Positions 27,642-42,305 of a DNA stretch of 64,000 nucleotides are shown one piece after another. The notes below the pieces were generated by a model. The model was not told the DNA's origin and searched no databases. It saw only the letters and a list, made by a program, of their open reading frames with translations. The translations under genes and the position numbers were made by a program. The DNA comes from Eledone cirrhosa (Eukaryota): positions 255,378,001 to 255,442,000 of the forward strand of contig OZ024743.1 of assembly GCA_964016885.1 (NCBI GenBank), read 5' to 3'. The stretch's first letter is position 1. Each line of letters opens with the position of its first letter.

Positions 27642-27921
27642 TTTTTGAAAATAATATAACTAATTTTAACATTATTAACCTGGTATTCGGAGCCTAACAT
27701 AACAAATTTTTGTACATAAATTATGATGGAAATTTTGTAAATAAATAAACATATTTTAAAACAGTTTTAAAATATGTTTATTTATCTACAAAATTTCCAT
27801 CATAATTTATGTAAAAAAACTTTCTTATATAGACAACTGTGAATATAACTTTCTTCTTAATAGGTTATTGTTTTAAACATAACTTTAAAAGGTTGTATAA
27901 AGAACATTATTACAATTACAT

Positions 27922-28112
27922 AAGGGCGGTGGATTGGCAGTATCGGTAGAGGGTCGGACGCCATGTTTTGACGCATAGAGTTACGGCCCTTGCCATTCTG
28001 AGTTCAAATCCTGAGGTTAACTTTGCCTTTCATCCTTATGGGGTCGATAAAATAAAGCACCAGTAATACACTGGGTAATTGCTGGCATTGTGCCAAAAGT
28101 AGAGACAATTAT
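27922..28112 (+). mobile_element. Second SINE family (Meta-domain-like), plus copy
   Basis: GGGCGGTGGATTGGCAGTATCGGTAGA..GAGTTCAAATCC..GCCTTTCATCCTTATGGGGTCGATAAAATAAAG. Confidence 0.82.
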
Positions 28113-28387
28113 TACAAATACATAAATAATATCACAAATTGCTCACAATTCTTTCAGAATAACATTACAAACACAATGTTGCTGATAAACACAAATACAA
28201 ACTCATACAACAAACACAACCAACCATTGCCAGGAACCTCACAAAAACAATACACCAAAATACTTGACCAGAACAAGAGAAAGAAAAGAAGAGTGAAAAA
28301 AAAGAAAAAAGAAAAAAGGAAGAAGTAAAACCGAAAACGACCACCAATTTACCACCAAATGCGACAATCAGCCTTACATCACAAGGG

Positions 28388-28600
28388 TTAATGGAGCACT
28401 TTGAGGCAAGGTAACTTGCTCACAACATTACCACGGGTAATGGCAAGGATAAGGCACTGAAACAACCAGGCACCCTCACAAGCATCACCTGACACCTCCA
28501 TAAGGTGAGATGCCAGCGATGACAAAAACTTCACTGTCAGCAGCCCAAATCCACCAACTTTCTCAAACACCACAAGCTGGAAAAAATAGTTATTAGATAA
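28388..28600 (-). mobile_element. C-terminal fragment of a restriction-like-endonuclease non-LTR element (CRE-like)
   Basis: FFQLVVFEKVGGFG..KFL..L....SGDACEGAWLFQCLILAITRGNV resembles the FxPxxxExxG..FLxQRxSxAIxRGN terminus of CRE-clade ORFs (from recall). Confidence 0.6.
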
Positions 28601-29049
28601 TTTGGAGTATTTCCAAATTGTATTAATCATGGCATCCATGATGTGGGAGGGAAGAAAAGAGTCACTGACTGTGGCGTCCCAAATGAGACACCTACCTCTT
28701 ATCCAGAGACACAGGGTAAAGGCTGTCTGGTCTCTCCCATCATTTCTGGATAATCCAGGTGGCTCCAGAACAGAGGGGACATTTACCCAAGGCAGGGCCC
28801 ATTTAATGATCAGGCTTAGCTCAGTGTGGTAGGCAAAACGACCAGCATTCAGGCAGCATGTAGGGTTGTGAAGTTGAGGGACATACTACAAGAGGTTTGG
28901 AATTAAAAAGGTGAATCTAGATATAACATATATAATCCCTCTCCTATATATATATATATATATATATAGGAACGATCGATTTTCGTCAAATCGAACCGAG
29001 GAAACAATGTTTCCATTGGTCTTTCCAATTGCTATTACTATCTATCAGT

Positions 29050-29185
29050 CGCAACTCCAGGTAGAAGGAACAACATGAAATAAAGTGTCTTGCACAAGGA
29101 CATAACGTATCATCCAGTCCGGGAATCAAACTCACAATCTCACGATTGCGAATCCAATTCTCTAACCACTCAGCCACACGCCTTC
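29050..29185 (-). mobile_element. tRNA-derived SINE head fragment
   Basis: GAAATAAAGTGTCTTGCACAAGGAC..GGAATCAAACTC..TCTAACCACTCAGCCACACGCCTTC. Confidence 0.72.
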
Positions 29186-29319
29186 ACTAAATATATATAT
29201 ATATATATGTATATATATATGTTTCCATTTTATGTCCCAAATGCAGACTATGGGTACATAAATATGTATTGCGATCACAGGTAAGCTATCTAAGAACATA
29301 GATTTTATATGTGGCTGAT

Positions 29320-30380
29320 GCTCAGGTGCAATAAGTGGCAAGTGCCCACAGGATATTAGCTCCTTCTATTGCCCAGATGGTTCTATAGAAATAGTGGACA
29401 CCTTCCATTACCTGGGTGACAAAATCAGCAGTGGTGGAGGGTGCTCTGAAAGTACAGTAGCTAGAGTCAGAACGGGATGGAAAAAGTTCAGAGAGCTTAT
29501 ACCACTATTGGTCACTAAAGGTTTCTCTCTAACAATGAAAGGCAGATTGTATGATGCCTGCATACGAACAACAATGTTACATGGCAGTGAGACTCGGGCA
29601 TTGTGTACAGAGAATCTGCACAGACTGGAGAGGAACGAAGCATCCAAGCTCCATTGGATGTGTAATAGTAATATACGCGAACAGCAAAGCATCAATGAAC
29701 TAAGTGAGAAATTAGGAATAAGAGGGATCAGATGCTGTTTACTCGAGAAAAGACTACGTTGGTATGGTCACGTGATGCGCATGAAAGACGACAGTTGTAT
29801 AAAAAAGTGCAGGGCGATCAAAATTGATAGAAGTTATGGAGTAGGTAGACCCAGAAAAACCTGGGACGATTTGATAAATTCTGACCTTACACACTTACAC
29901 CTGACTAATACAATGTCACTGGACCGAGATCTTTGGCGCTACACAGTAATATAGAAGACCTACCTTGCGTATGTACAAAGCGAAACCTACAGTCAGTAGG
30001 CACCTCTTAATCAAATATACACCCCATCCCACTATCCCTACTCCACCACCCCCACTCCCAACAACATCACCCTTTCTCTGTAAAGTTATGTTGGTACCAC
30101 AACATCCAGTCCAAATAAATGCAGTCGTGTGGTGTCACAACAAAAAAAAAAACACACAATCCACGCTGTAATGTGGCCATGTAGGTAACACGGTAAAAAC
30201 CTCCCAGTCCACACTCTAGACGTGGTTGGTGTTAGGAAGGGCATCCAGCTGTAGAAAACCTGCCAGACAGTCCTATATGAGCGATATATGATCACTCGAC
30301 CAATCTTCCCTCAAGTAGGACAAATTCCCGTCTATACCCATGCTAGTGTGGAAGATAGACATTAAACGATGATGATGATG
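29320..30380 (+). mobile_element. 5'-truncated RTE LINE with 3' UTR and (GAT)n tail
   Basis: ORF 29394-29954 [21 protein letters not shown]; UTR contains AGGAAGGGCATCCAGCTGTAGAAA. Confidence 0.92.
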
Positions 30381-30831
30381 TATGTATATATAAATGATGA
30401 AGATGATGATGATATATGTATGTATGTATATATATATATTGCTTGTACCTTCTTTTTGCTTGTACCTTTTCACTTGTATTACCTCAAACAATACCTTTAT
30501 ACATAATATGCTTATTTTTCACTTTTCACCATTGCTCCTTGTAATTTTGTTTTCTGAAGCATAACATTCTTTTTTAACTCCCGATTTTCTATATGATGTC
30601 TATGACACTGGCAACAGTTATATATCTACCTAAATGTTCTGAAGACTAGGATTTTAATCACCTATTTAAACATCCCTTATGCTCCGATTATTCCCAACAT
30701 CTCTCTGGAAGAAACAATTGTCAGCAAATAAATGTATTAAACAAAGATTTGATTGTTTTAATATTCTGTATATATATATCATCGTCATCATCGTTCATCA
30801 TCATCGTTTAACGTCCATGTTCCATGCTTGC

Positions 30832-30864
<33 letters not shown>

Positions 30865-31182
30865 ATATATATAAGCATAACATTATTTAACTATATATGT
30901 TATGAACATATGTTTATTTTTCACTTTTTAGAGTTACAGCCCTTTATGGTCTGAGTTCATATCCCGCCGAGGTTAACTTTGCCTTTCATTCTTACGGGGT
31001 CGATTAAATAAAGTACCAGTAATGCACTGGGATAATTGCTGGCCTTGTGCCAAAAGTAGAAACAATTATTTAACTATATATGTTATGAACATAGACACAT
31101 GTAAGGAATTTCTACATAAACATGATAAAGTTTTCATATATTCGATATACTGCATAAATACTGCATATATATTAAATTATAC

Positions 31183-31234
<52 letters not shown>

Positions 31235-33099
31235 CACACATACATACACATGCATATTTACATATACATATATATACATGTATGTATGGAGATATGTAAA
31301 CAGTAACTAAGTCCAGCAATCAATTTAGCTTTTAACCCAGTTTCTTGTTGTTCTTAATGGAAATTACTAAGAATCTGACTTGTATTTATTTTTTTTTTCA
31401 GAATGGAAATCTTTGGTTCGTGAAATTTATGTAAAAATGCTGGAATATTTGGCTAAAATATTGTCTCTTAAAATCATCAGGCAGATCTAATGGGTAAATA
31501 TTGAACTGTAGATGTACAATAGAGATTTGTTTACATATGTTGTGTATAGATGTACATAGGTGTAGGCAGATGTAGGAATGGATATGTGGCTAAGCAATGC
31601 ACTTTGCAACATTGTAGTTTTGGGTTCTATCCTACAGTCTGGTACTTTGGAAATGTGTTTTCTATTATAGATAGCTGCATGCATGGCTGTTGCTTTGATA
31701 AACAGAAAATTTGACTTATGAATTAAAATGGTTGAGTCTTCTACAAATACATGTACTCTTAACATAATTCTCAAGCAGAATCCACGTGACACATTATATG
31801 AAAATACTGGCCCTTTTTATTACAGCTATAATCCCATTGACAGGCTTCCACACATTCTACAGCTGCCCAATTTCACTCATAAGATTTGTGTTGAGTTAAA
31901 GCTATAGTAAAACAATTTCCGGAGATACTATCCACTGGAATTGAACTATTGACCCCATTAAACCATACTTGTTACACTGCATAGTTAATGGAAGGAAGTG
32001 TGTTTCCTTTTAGTAAATTTCACCCACAAAACATTAGTCAACCCAAAGATAGGGTTATAGTAGAAGGCCAAGATGTCACACAGTGGGTCGAAAGTGGTTG
32101 CAAAGTGAACCTCGTAACCACACAACCATAGCTATTACAAACAGAATACAGTATTAAATTCAAACATTCATTATTTTATCTTTTCGTTTATTGTTTTTTC
32201 AGCTCTTCTGTCTGTGCAACAGTGTAAATTATAAAGATGTTCCATGGTAGTTCCAATATTATGACAGTTACAATCTAATGTTAATGGAAAATGTAATGAT
32301 TTGCAGTATGTTTCAGCAGGCTTTAATGTCTTGCTAGCATGGAAGTCAATTTAACATATCCTTGTGGTGTGTCTTGAATCTTTATAGCTGTCTGTTAGCT
32401 GTGAATTTCAATATTTTCTCTATGTATGTGTGTGCGTGTGCTGCTTCACTTGCAGATTAAGTTAATATCTTTCTTGAGCCTCACGTCAAGAACAGCAGTC
32501 CCCAACCTGAGGTCAACAGACCCCTGGAAGTTCAAAGAAGTAGTACTGGGGGAGTGTTCCATGAACTGATTGCAAGTATTTTGCTAAAACAATAATATAC
32601 ACATATTATTGGGTATCCATTCTTCTCTAATTACTTTGTTTCAATTATTATTATTATTGTTGTTGATGTTATTGTTATTATTATTATTAAAGGTGGCGGA
32701 TTGGCAGGCTTCTTAGAGAATCGGACAAATTCTGGTCAGTTTTTGTTTTGATTCTTTACTTTCTGAGTTCAAATCCGACTGAGGTCAACTTTACCTTTAA
32801 TCCTGCCAGAGTCAATAAAATAAAATACCAGTTAAGTACTTGGGTCAATATAATTGAATTATATATAGATACATGTGCTATTATAATATGATATCTGTGT
32901 TTGTATATTTATTTATATATATCTCTGACTGTAACTCTTTAAAATTTACACACACATACACATACTATACATTTCCTATATTAGTCATGCTGCTAGAATA
33001 AGAATTTTGCTTTTCAATCACAAAGTTCTGGGATCTAATTTTGCATTTGTCTCTGTAAATAATTGTTTCTCCAAAGTTACACATACATTTAATTCTGTA

Positions 33100-33455
33100 T
33101 ATCATATGTACCAACCCATCCCTCCCTCCCATACATCTTCCATGAGGACAGGCCGAAGTATATATCCAGTGAAGCCCCGAGGCCACATTGTAAAGTGGTT
33201 GTGTAGATTTCACAACAAAAAGCTCCTAGTCTACACTGTAAAATAGTCATATAGGTGTCAAGACAAAAAGCACCCAGTACTCATTGTAAATGAGGTTGAT
33301 GTTAGAAAGGGCATCCAGCCATAGAAACCAGGCCAAAATCAGTTCTGTATGAGCAAGACATGGTCATCTGACCTAGCATTGCCTACAACAGGACAACTCG
33401 TCTAACCCATGCTAGCTCGGAAAAATGGACTAAAACGGTGATGATGATGATGATA
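33100..33455 (+). mobile_element. RTE 3' UTR fragment with (GAT)n tail
   Basis: AAAGGGCATCCAGCCATAGAAA..GTCTAACCCATGCTAGC..AAAACGGT(GAT)n. Confidence 0.8.
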
Positions 33456-33818
33456 CCCTAACATTTATGTAATTATATCCTAGAAATAAATTACAAAAAT
33501 GTCATTCTCATTTTTAACCACTTCCATATGTCAGTAATTGACTAAACATAGTATTTCTATTATGCAACCAACTAAGTTATCGAAACAGATTTCCCAGTTT
33601 GTATTATTGTTCATATATCTGATAATCCTTGTATATGTGGAATAGCAATCCTTGATTCGAAAAGTTAAATATGTTTAATACCATTGCTATAGATATTGAT
33701 GGCACTAAACCTCTAGTGAATGTGTGTGCATACGTAGGCATGCATGTATGTATGTATGTATGTATGTATGTATGTATGTATGTATGTATGTATGTATATA
33801 TGTATGTATGTGTATGTC

Positions 33819-33850
<32 letters not shown>

Positions 33851-34539
33851 TATGTATGTGTTTGTATATATATATTAGCTATTAATAAATTTGCTGAGTG
33901 GAGGGTGTGAATAGATTTCTGATTTGTTTATTTAATATTCAATTTCAGATAATGGATCTATTTTGTGATTTTCAGCTATATCTGATATTGATCTGTGTAA
34001 ATTTTCAAACACACACATATATATATATTGATCTTAGTGTTTAATTTTTAACTTAAGTGAGATTATTGAAGGTGATGGATAGCTGTTATGTGTGTAAACA
34101 TACCAGCTTTGATATTGTATAACACATACACACACACACACTCACAGATACATATACATGCACACACAAATACAAGCATGGATATAAACCAAACAGAAAA
34201 TAATATACAATAATGTATATATATATATATATATGTGTGTGTGTATAGGAGAAAGTATGACCCCGACGGCAGAGCTCAAGCCGTTTCGACGGCTATTTCT
34301 GGACTAAATTAGAATTTTTAGCCTGGTGAATTTTTAGCCTAGCTTGAGCTACTACCCTAAGTATTGAGTACTCTGGTGCGTTATGGTCCATCTGGTTCCT
34401 TACCACTATTCCTTTGTTATATATATACAGGGTGTCCCCAAAAAATATATACACAATTTGATTACCTGTACAGGCAATTCTTATTAATTCTAATAAGAAT
34501 TGCCTGTATATATATTTAAGGTACGTGGCCTTTGCCACT

Positions 34540-35112
34540 ATTTTTCCTCCTCTTAATTGATAAAAGCCTCACTCAAAATAGGCAGTGCGAATGCACATGG
34601 CCTGTGGTTGTCTTGGAAACAGGGCCACCTCATCAACAAACTTAGGTCACAAGAAATAGATATGGTGGCCATTAGTAAGACCAGAATCTCCAACACACAA
34701 ACCTTTGTCCCCAGAGGGAAATCAGGATGGAGAGGGAAATGCTGACTTCAGAGCAATTTGTAGAAAGGTGGGCTAGAGAAGCAAGCATGGCCTGAGTGAA
34801 TGGGCCTGTTTTAAGTGTGAGCTTGTAAATTGGAGGAATACAGCTGGGACAGGGCGTTTACCTTAGAAATCTGTGCACCCATGGTTTTAAGGATTTCCTT
34901 TCCATTAGTGACCCTTGAACATCTACCCCATATTTAGGTATACACTTTGTTATAATGTTATTGTTTTTTTTTCATATTATTTTTTAAATGTTGAAACTGT
35001 TTACATGCAAAACTTACGTACCTACACACACACTCTATTTTCGTCCTGTGTCATCATAATCTTTTTCTTGATGCTATCCCTTGTGGTGAATAAAGAAATC
35101 CTTATTATTATT
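34540..35112 (+). mobile_element. Internally deleted LINE remnant (APE N-terminus joined to a 3' end; L1/Tx1-like, tentative)
   Basis: LKIGSANAHGL..IDMVAISKTR is an APE N-terminus. The end CCCTTGTGGTGAATAAAGAAA resembles the minus-strand end at about 53735-53760. Confidence 0.5.
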
Positions 35113-35639
35113 ATTGGTAGAGCATCGGACGCCATGCTTCGAGGCATAGAGTTACGGCCCTTTACATTCTTATTTCAAATCTCACCGAGGTTATCTTTGC
35201 CCTTCGTCTTTACAGGATAGATAAAATAAAGCACCAGTATTTTCCTGGGGTTGATTTAATTGACTTTCCACTCTTCTATTATTATTAAGGCTGATCCAGC
35301 AACTTAATGTTCTGCAGTTACCCTGATGTGTGACCAATGCCGCAGAAAGGAAACCTAGAACTTTTTTCCAAACACCAGATATAGAAATTTGAGAGTATTG
35401 GTGCAAGTAATGGTAATGCCAATAATAGTTGATAGTGTTTGTGTGTGTTGTTAAGCAATGTAGATGCAAGTACAAACACTGACACACACTCAGATACATA
35501 CATACCCATATACACATATATCATCCTTGTCACCATCATCATTTTATTCCATTTTCTATTATTTCATGGCTAGGAAGGGATGTCACAGTTCAAGATTAGA
35601 TAGGTCAGGAGTATCATTTTTATGCATGCAATCTACTTT

Positions 35640-36045
35640 TTCCCTGAATGTCCTTTCTAACACCAATTACTTTGCAGAGTGTTCTGGGTGCATTTTATTG
35701 TGGCACCAGGACTACCACTTTACAGAATGTACTGCATGCATTTTATTGTGGCATTACCACTACAACTTTATAGAATGTACTGGGTGCATTTTATTGTGGC
35801 ACTAGCACTACCACTTTACAGAATGCACTGGATGTATTTTATTGCAGCATAAGCACTACCTCTTATAGAGTGTACTGGATTAATTTTATTGCAACACCAG
35901 CACTAACACTTACAGAGTGTACAGGGTACATTTTATTGTAGAACAAGGCACTACTACTTTCAAAATATATTGGGTGTATATTATCATTGTACCAATGCTA
36001 TTACTTACAGCAAATTATGGGTGCATTTTATCATGGTATCAACAC
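35640..36045. repeat. ~38-bp degenerate minisatellite (~10 copies) within an RTE-type 3' UTR
   Basis: Consensus about CCACTTTACAGAGTGTACTGGGTGCATTTTATTGTGGCACCAGCACTA, preceded by the RTE tail motif in minus orientation. Confidence 0.8.
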
Positions 36046-36399
36046 TAGAATGGTCACATACAAGTATATGCAACATGCTCTTGCACATTTTCCATTTACA
36101 AAATTTCTCTCACAACATATTGATCAACAAAGGTGCCATGCAGTGAGACCATATGGTTTTTGCAAAATGAACTTCTTAACTACACATCCAATGCCTGTGT
36201 CTATATGATATAAATTTCAAACCATTTCTGTATATTTTGATCCTTGTCCAAAATTAATATGCAACATAACATTGTATCTGTTACTTCGCAATACATTTTT
36301 AAGTGTTAAATTCAGAATAAATATTAGAAATCAATTTAGCTATTGCCATGTATTCATTTCACACCCTCACACACATATATATATAATTTTATGTCTGCA

Positions 36400-37140
36400 T
36401 TTTCATGAATGTATTATTTAGACAGGTCTTTTTCTATACAACATCTGGTATTTCCTGACATTTATTCTCCTAGCAATCATCATTCATGTGCATTACATGA
36501 CCACACCGATGCAGTCTTCTTTCTTGCACGCTACAGATTTTTCTTATACCAAGCTTTTCTCTCAGTTCATCCACACTTTGTCATTTTTCCACATTAATAT
36601 TGAACATCTATCATAACATGATTGCTTTATTTTTCTCTATTTTTCAGTAACATGCAACATTGCACTTCTCACACAGAACACAGCATCATACAGTTGACTC
36701 TTAGATTATAGGGAGAAACATTTTGCAGAGGGAGTAGCACCCTAAATTTCTTCCATCCTAATAAAATAATAATAATGAAATTATTTTGTACAAGGACCAG
36801 GTGCACTACTAATGTCAATCCTGTCATTATTGTAGTTGCTATGCTCTTGCAGCACCCACCACCATTACTATTTCGATCACCTAAGTAGTCGAAGCTATCA
36901 ACCACTTCTATGGATCCTACCTAGGATTGAGAAAGGATTATAACTCTGACCCTCTTAATATTAATTACTCTGTACACTTATTACTTATGAAATATTCTTG
37001 TCCTGTTAGTCTGCCTGTTATCCCACAACATAGCTTGCTTACCCCAGATTTGCATATAGTTTCTGCCTATTCCTTCTCTGCATATTGAACAGGCTCACTT
37101 TCCTGATGGGAACATGGTCCAGTTTTCTTTTCTAGTTCCA
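36400..37140 (-). mobile_element. Highly degraded RTE LINE fragment
   Basis: VDSFDYLGDRNSNGGGC and GWKKFRVLLPL. Confidence 0.75.
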
Positions 37141-37389
37141 AATACTTTAAGTAACTAAGTTTGCTCTCACTCTTTTCATTCTGTTCTGTTTTCAGTCATG
37201 CCCACATCTTACATACACTCGTCCTCTCTCCAGCAAGTATACAATTTCTCTTGACATTAAATGGTGATGATGATGATGATATTTGTGCTCAATTTTCAAC
37301 TGCTAATTTTATGCAAATTTTTTTAACTTTCATTGTCACTCTTGTCTTCATAAAAACAGTGACTATATTTCCATTATTTATTTTCAGAA

Positions 37390-38135
37390 TAATTGATTAT
37401 GAATAATTTTGAACCTCCAAATTTGTGGAAGAGACACAGAGTTCTCCTTGGAATCCATGCCAGCAGGGCAAATAAGGAAATTTCAGACTTTCTTAGTGTC
37501 AGCAGAAGAATTGTGTCTCATCCAAAGACGTGCCCAGAGTCATGCAGACAAGCTATCCAGCGACAACATTGGTCTTAGGTGTCGTCAGCAGTCAAGGTGA
37601 CGTCATGCCACCTCACTTCTTCCCTGAGGGCCTCAAGCTGAACACTAATGGCTAGATCCGCGCTCAGAGCGAGATAGTAAAGCCCTGGATCGACCTTGGT
37701 AGCTGCAGGTAGGTTGTACGTGTGGCAGCAAGACTCAGCGCCCTGTCATAACAGCCGAAAGACCCAAGCCTGGCTGTCAGAGAACTTCGTCGACCACACT
37801 TCACCTGACATCTGGCCTCCCAGCTTGCCTGACTGCAACCCCCTCGACTTCTTTGTGTGGGGTGCAGTGGAACAAGACACCAACAGATCTAGCTGCAATA
37901 TGAAAGACGATCTGAAGGCCAGGATCACAAGTGCTTTTAGGGGCCTAAGTCGGGGGACAGTGACGAAGGCCTGTAGCCGGTTCCAAGGCCGCCTTGAGGC
38001 CGTCATCAAAGCCAATGACGGGTTTATCGAGTGAGATCGAAAGAACAAGTCATGAAGACAATCTGATCCAAGTTTGATAAATATATCTTAAAAAATAAAA
38101 CTACTGTGTTGTTTTTTCCTAGACAGTAATCTTGC
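37390..38135 (+). mobile_element. Internally deleted Tc1/mariner transposon, DD37D (maT) type
   Basis: VWQQDSAPCH..WPPSLPDCNPLDFFVWG..RLEAVIKANDGFIE; 37 residues between the second and third catalytic Asp. Confidence 0.88.
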
Positions 38136-38418
38136 GAACAAATATCGTTGTTTCGACAGCTAGATTTGAACTAAGCCAGCAGTATTAGGACAGTGATTAA
38201 TTATATATATATATATGAATTACAAATTAATATGTAAATATCCTTGGAATCCATGCCGGCAGGGCAAATAAGAAAATTTCAGACTTTCTCAGCGTCAGCA
38301 GAAGAATTGTGTCTCATCCAAAGACGTGCCCAGAGTCATGCAGACAAGCTATCCAGCGACAACATTGGTCTTAGGTGTCGTCAACATATATAATATGTAT
38401 ATATATATATAATTATAT

Positions 38419-38457
<39 letters not shown>

Positions 38458-38568
38458 CATATTAATTTGTAATTCATATATATATATAATTAATCGCTGT
38501 TCTAATACTGCTTCAAATCTAGCTGTCGAAACATCGAGAGCTCAGCCTTTGGGGTCCTGACTCTTTCC

Positions 38569-38641
<73 letters not shown>

Positions 38642-39600
38642 ATGTAAAATCCTTACTATGGTGCCAAGCGATTTCAGCTTGTCACAAGCCGAAACTGCTT
38701 AGCACTGCGGTCCTTATTTTACATATTTCTATACCCACTCTACATCTCCCAGAGTATTGAATATTCACATGATTAGTGGTCTCCCCCATCCGACCACCAT
38801 AGAATCTATTTATATATACACATATATATATACACACATATATTATAGTAAAATCTATACACACGCATGCACACATATATATATACACATATAAATACAT
38901 AAATACATACATATAAATTCAAAAGTTGCATATACATAAATATATATATATATACATTTATATAACAAGGAATTATATATGTAAAACAAAAATTCAAAAT
39001 AGAATTGTTGAAAATATATATCATCATGTTATGTTTGCTTTCCACCAGTCCATGCCATACCAACTTGGAATGTCGACGTTAAAAGATGATCACAATGATG
39101 ATGATAATGACATATTTTGTGTTGTATTATGTATTCGCAAATCCTTGTTACGTTTAAAAAAAATTTCAATGTATAAAATTTGATCCTTTTGTTTATTCCA
39201 TTTGATTGGACAAATATGTTCACAATTATGCTATGATTTCTTCTTCAGCAACCAATCACTTGAGCGTAAAAAGAAAATATACAAGAAAATATACATTTAT
39301 AAATTTCTTTCTTTGTAAAATAGATAAATAAATACATAAAATAATAATACAGGTATATTTGATTTTCTCTTCTTCTCCTCAATGCCGCTGAAGTTTCATT
39401 GATCCTTATGAAGCTCCACTATTCCAATGCCATACACCATATTTTGTAACAGTTTGTTGATATTAAGAATATTGGCACTAGAATAATTACCACATTCACA
39501 CATTCATTTTGCAATTAGAATTTGAAAATTTGGAATTTGGAATTTAGAATTTCCATTTGCAAGGAATTCTGGGAAAATAATAATAATGAACAAATGTTAT

Positions 39601-39648
<48 letters not shown>

Positions 39649-39877
39649 ACCAGACTTCATCTATTTTCAAGCTTGTTTACACATATATATATTCCTATAT
39701 ATATTAAATGGATAAATATCTAAACCCCCAAAACTCACATCTTAACACAAATCATTGGAATATGTCTGTGTAACTGTATATTCATATGTGTAAATTCAGA
39801 GGAGAAAAAATATTAAAATTATTATAGGAATATATCAATAAATACCATACACCATACATTCTAGTTTTCAATGCACA

Positions 39878-39942
<65 letters not shown>

Positions 39943-40001
39943 CAGTAGGGAAAATGGACGTCAAATGATGGTGGTGATGGTGTATATATATACCATCACC
40001 A

Positions 40002-40035
<34 letters not shown>

Positions 40036-40272
40036 CCTCAATTCCAATATTTCTAGAATTGTATCATTTATTTATTTTTGGGCTTCAGTCTGGTGCCATT
40101 CTTCATGCATTAGTGACATAATGATAACCTGTGAAATTAAAAATTGCTGCTCTTCCACACATAAAGTTTAAGATTTCTCCTAAAATATATTTCGATTATT
40201 TCTTTGGAATATAAAATAAAAAAAAAGAGTAACAAAACAGTTCCCCCCACCTAAATTATATATATGTATGTA

Positions 40273-40439
<167 letters not shown>

Positions 40440-41984
40440 TTGCACACACACACATAAATGTGTATATTTATATATATATATATACAAAAATATTCATACA
40501 TACACACAAATACATATATATGCACGCACGTACATATATAATCACATGTAAATACATGTATTGTATTATTTTTTGACTGCATCTGAGCTATAGGATTCCT
40601 TGTAGTGCATGATGAGCAGCAACAACAACCACAAAAACAACTCTAACTATTCTTTATTTTCCATATAATGAAGGGTTAATTCCTTACCTATGTACAACAG
40701 CAAAATATAAGTTGTATACTTTGCTTGTTTCTAGAACTATTATTTATTCATTTGTTATGATAACAGGAATAGAAACACCACACTTCAGATGGATTCTTTC
40801 TGAGACACAAATTGGCAGTCTTTTGTTCCTTGTCAAGAACAATATCAGATGATTATAGTGTAGACCTTTATTACAAGGATTCTTTGCAATCCTGAAAAAG
40901 AAAACATTATATTTCATGGATAAAAAAATTCTCCCCTCCCTAAAATATAGGCACCTCTGATATAAATATGACACAACATAGAAGTGATAAAAAATATATT
41001 TTATTTCCATGAATTAATTCTTATTTTGTTTTGTTTTCTTTCTTTGTTTTCTTTTTGTTTTCTAAAATTACACTGAAATCGTACATTATACTTGTTCAGT
41101 TATCATTGGTTAAGTGGTTAACAAGTTTGATTTGCAATCATGAGGTTCCAGTGTTTGATCTCACAGTATGGCATCTTAGGAAAGTGTTTTTCGAGTAGCC
41201 TCAGGTACATCCAAGTTTTTGGACAAGGCAGAAGGAAACTGCCTGGAAGCTTGTCTTAGGGATACTACCAGTAATGCAAAAGCCCAGCCTTGTATCATAT
41301 CTATCATGTCATGCTGATTGGACTTGAGAATTGTAATAGAGCTAATAAAGGCAAACATTGGGTCTATCACCAAGGGTGGAGGGAGGGGCACTAGATGGCA
41401 CTGGCCACCTACTTTTCAATAATGAACCTTCCGATTTAGGAAATAGATTTTACAATATAAAATAAAAACAGATAAATTGTTCTGAAGAGAGTCGTTAGCT
41501 ACAAGTATGTACTTCCTGGAGCTCTATATTATTCCATATTGATTATAAGGCCAACATTGAAGCCTGAAGCTGAGAGAACATCTTCCCTCGAGCAGATCCA
41601 TTGTCTCTGAAATCAACAGGGACCCCCGATATAGGAAAGGAAAAAAATCAACTATGTTAACCGCATAACAACTTTACTGATCCTAGTGCCACGATAAAAT
41701 GCACCCAGTATACACTGTAAAGTGGTTGCTGATAGAAAGGACAACCAGCCATAGAACACATTCCAAATTAAGGATTGAAAGTAATCATCAGTTGTGTCAA
41801 GGGCATGACATCTTTGCTAGTGTTTATGTCATGATAAATAGATCCCGCTGTAGAAACCAAGTCCAAACTGGAATATATTGAGTGTGACAAGGTCCACTGA
41901 CCCATCTAGGGAAACAATAGCTCTGATTAAGTAGTGCTTTTTCATGCCTTTCCGTGATGATGACATATATGTATCGGTAGTTGC

Positions 41985-42305
41985 ATAGTATTGTACAGAA
42001 GTAGGGGTACAGTTTTGTACACAAGTATTTCCATTGTATTGTACACACGTAGCTATAGAGTATTTTACACAATTAACTGTACAGCATTGGACACAAATAA
42101 CTGTACAGTTTTGTTCACAAGTAGGTTTAGATCATCGTACAGTATAAAATTGTACAGTATAAAATTGTACATAAGTAGGTGTACATTATTTTACACAAGT
42201 TGATATCAAGCATTGTGAACAAGTAGATATAAGTTATTACACAAATATGAGTATGGGGTATTGTACACAAAAACGTGTAAAGTATTGTAAACAAAAAGAT
42301 ATGGG
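41985..42305. repeat. Degenerate ~21-bp tandem repeat (ATTGTACACAAGTAG core)
   Basis: Recurrent TTGTACACAAGTA variants at roughly regular spacing. Confidence 0.7.

Noticed and set aside
31390-32300. Plus-strand acceptor-like sites at about 31401 and 32202 as coding exons
   Set aside because: All frames hit stops quickly and show no recognisable protein motif.
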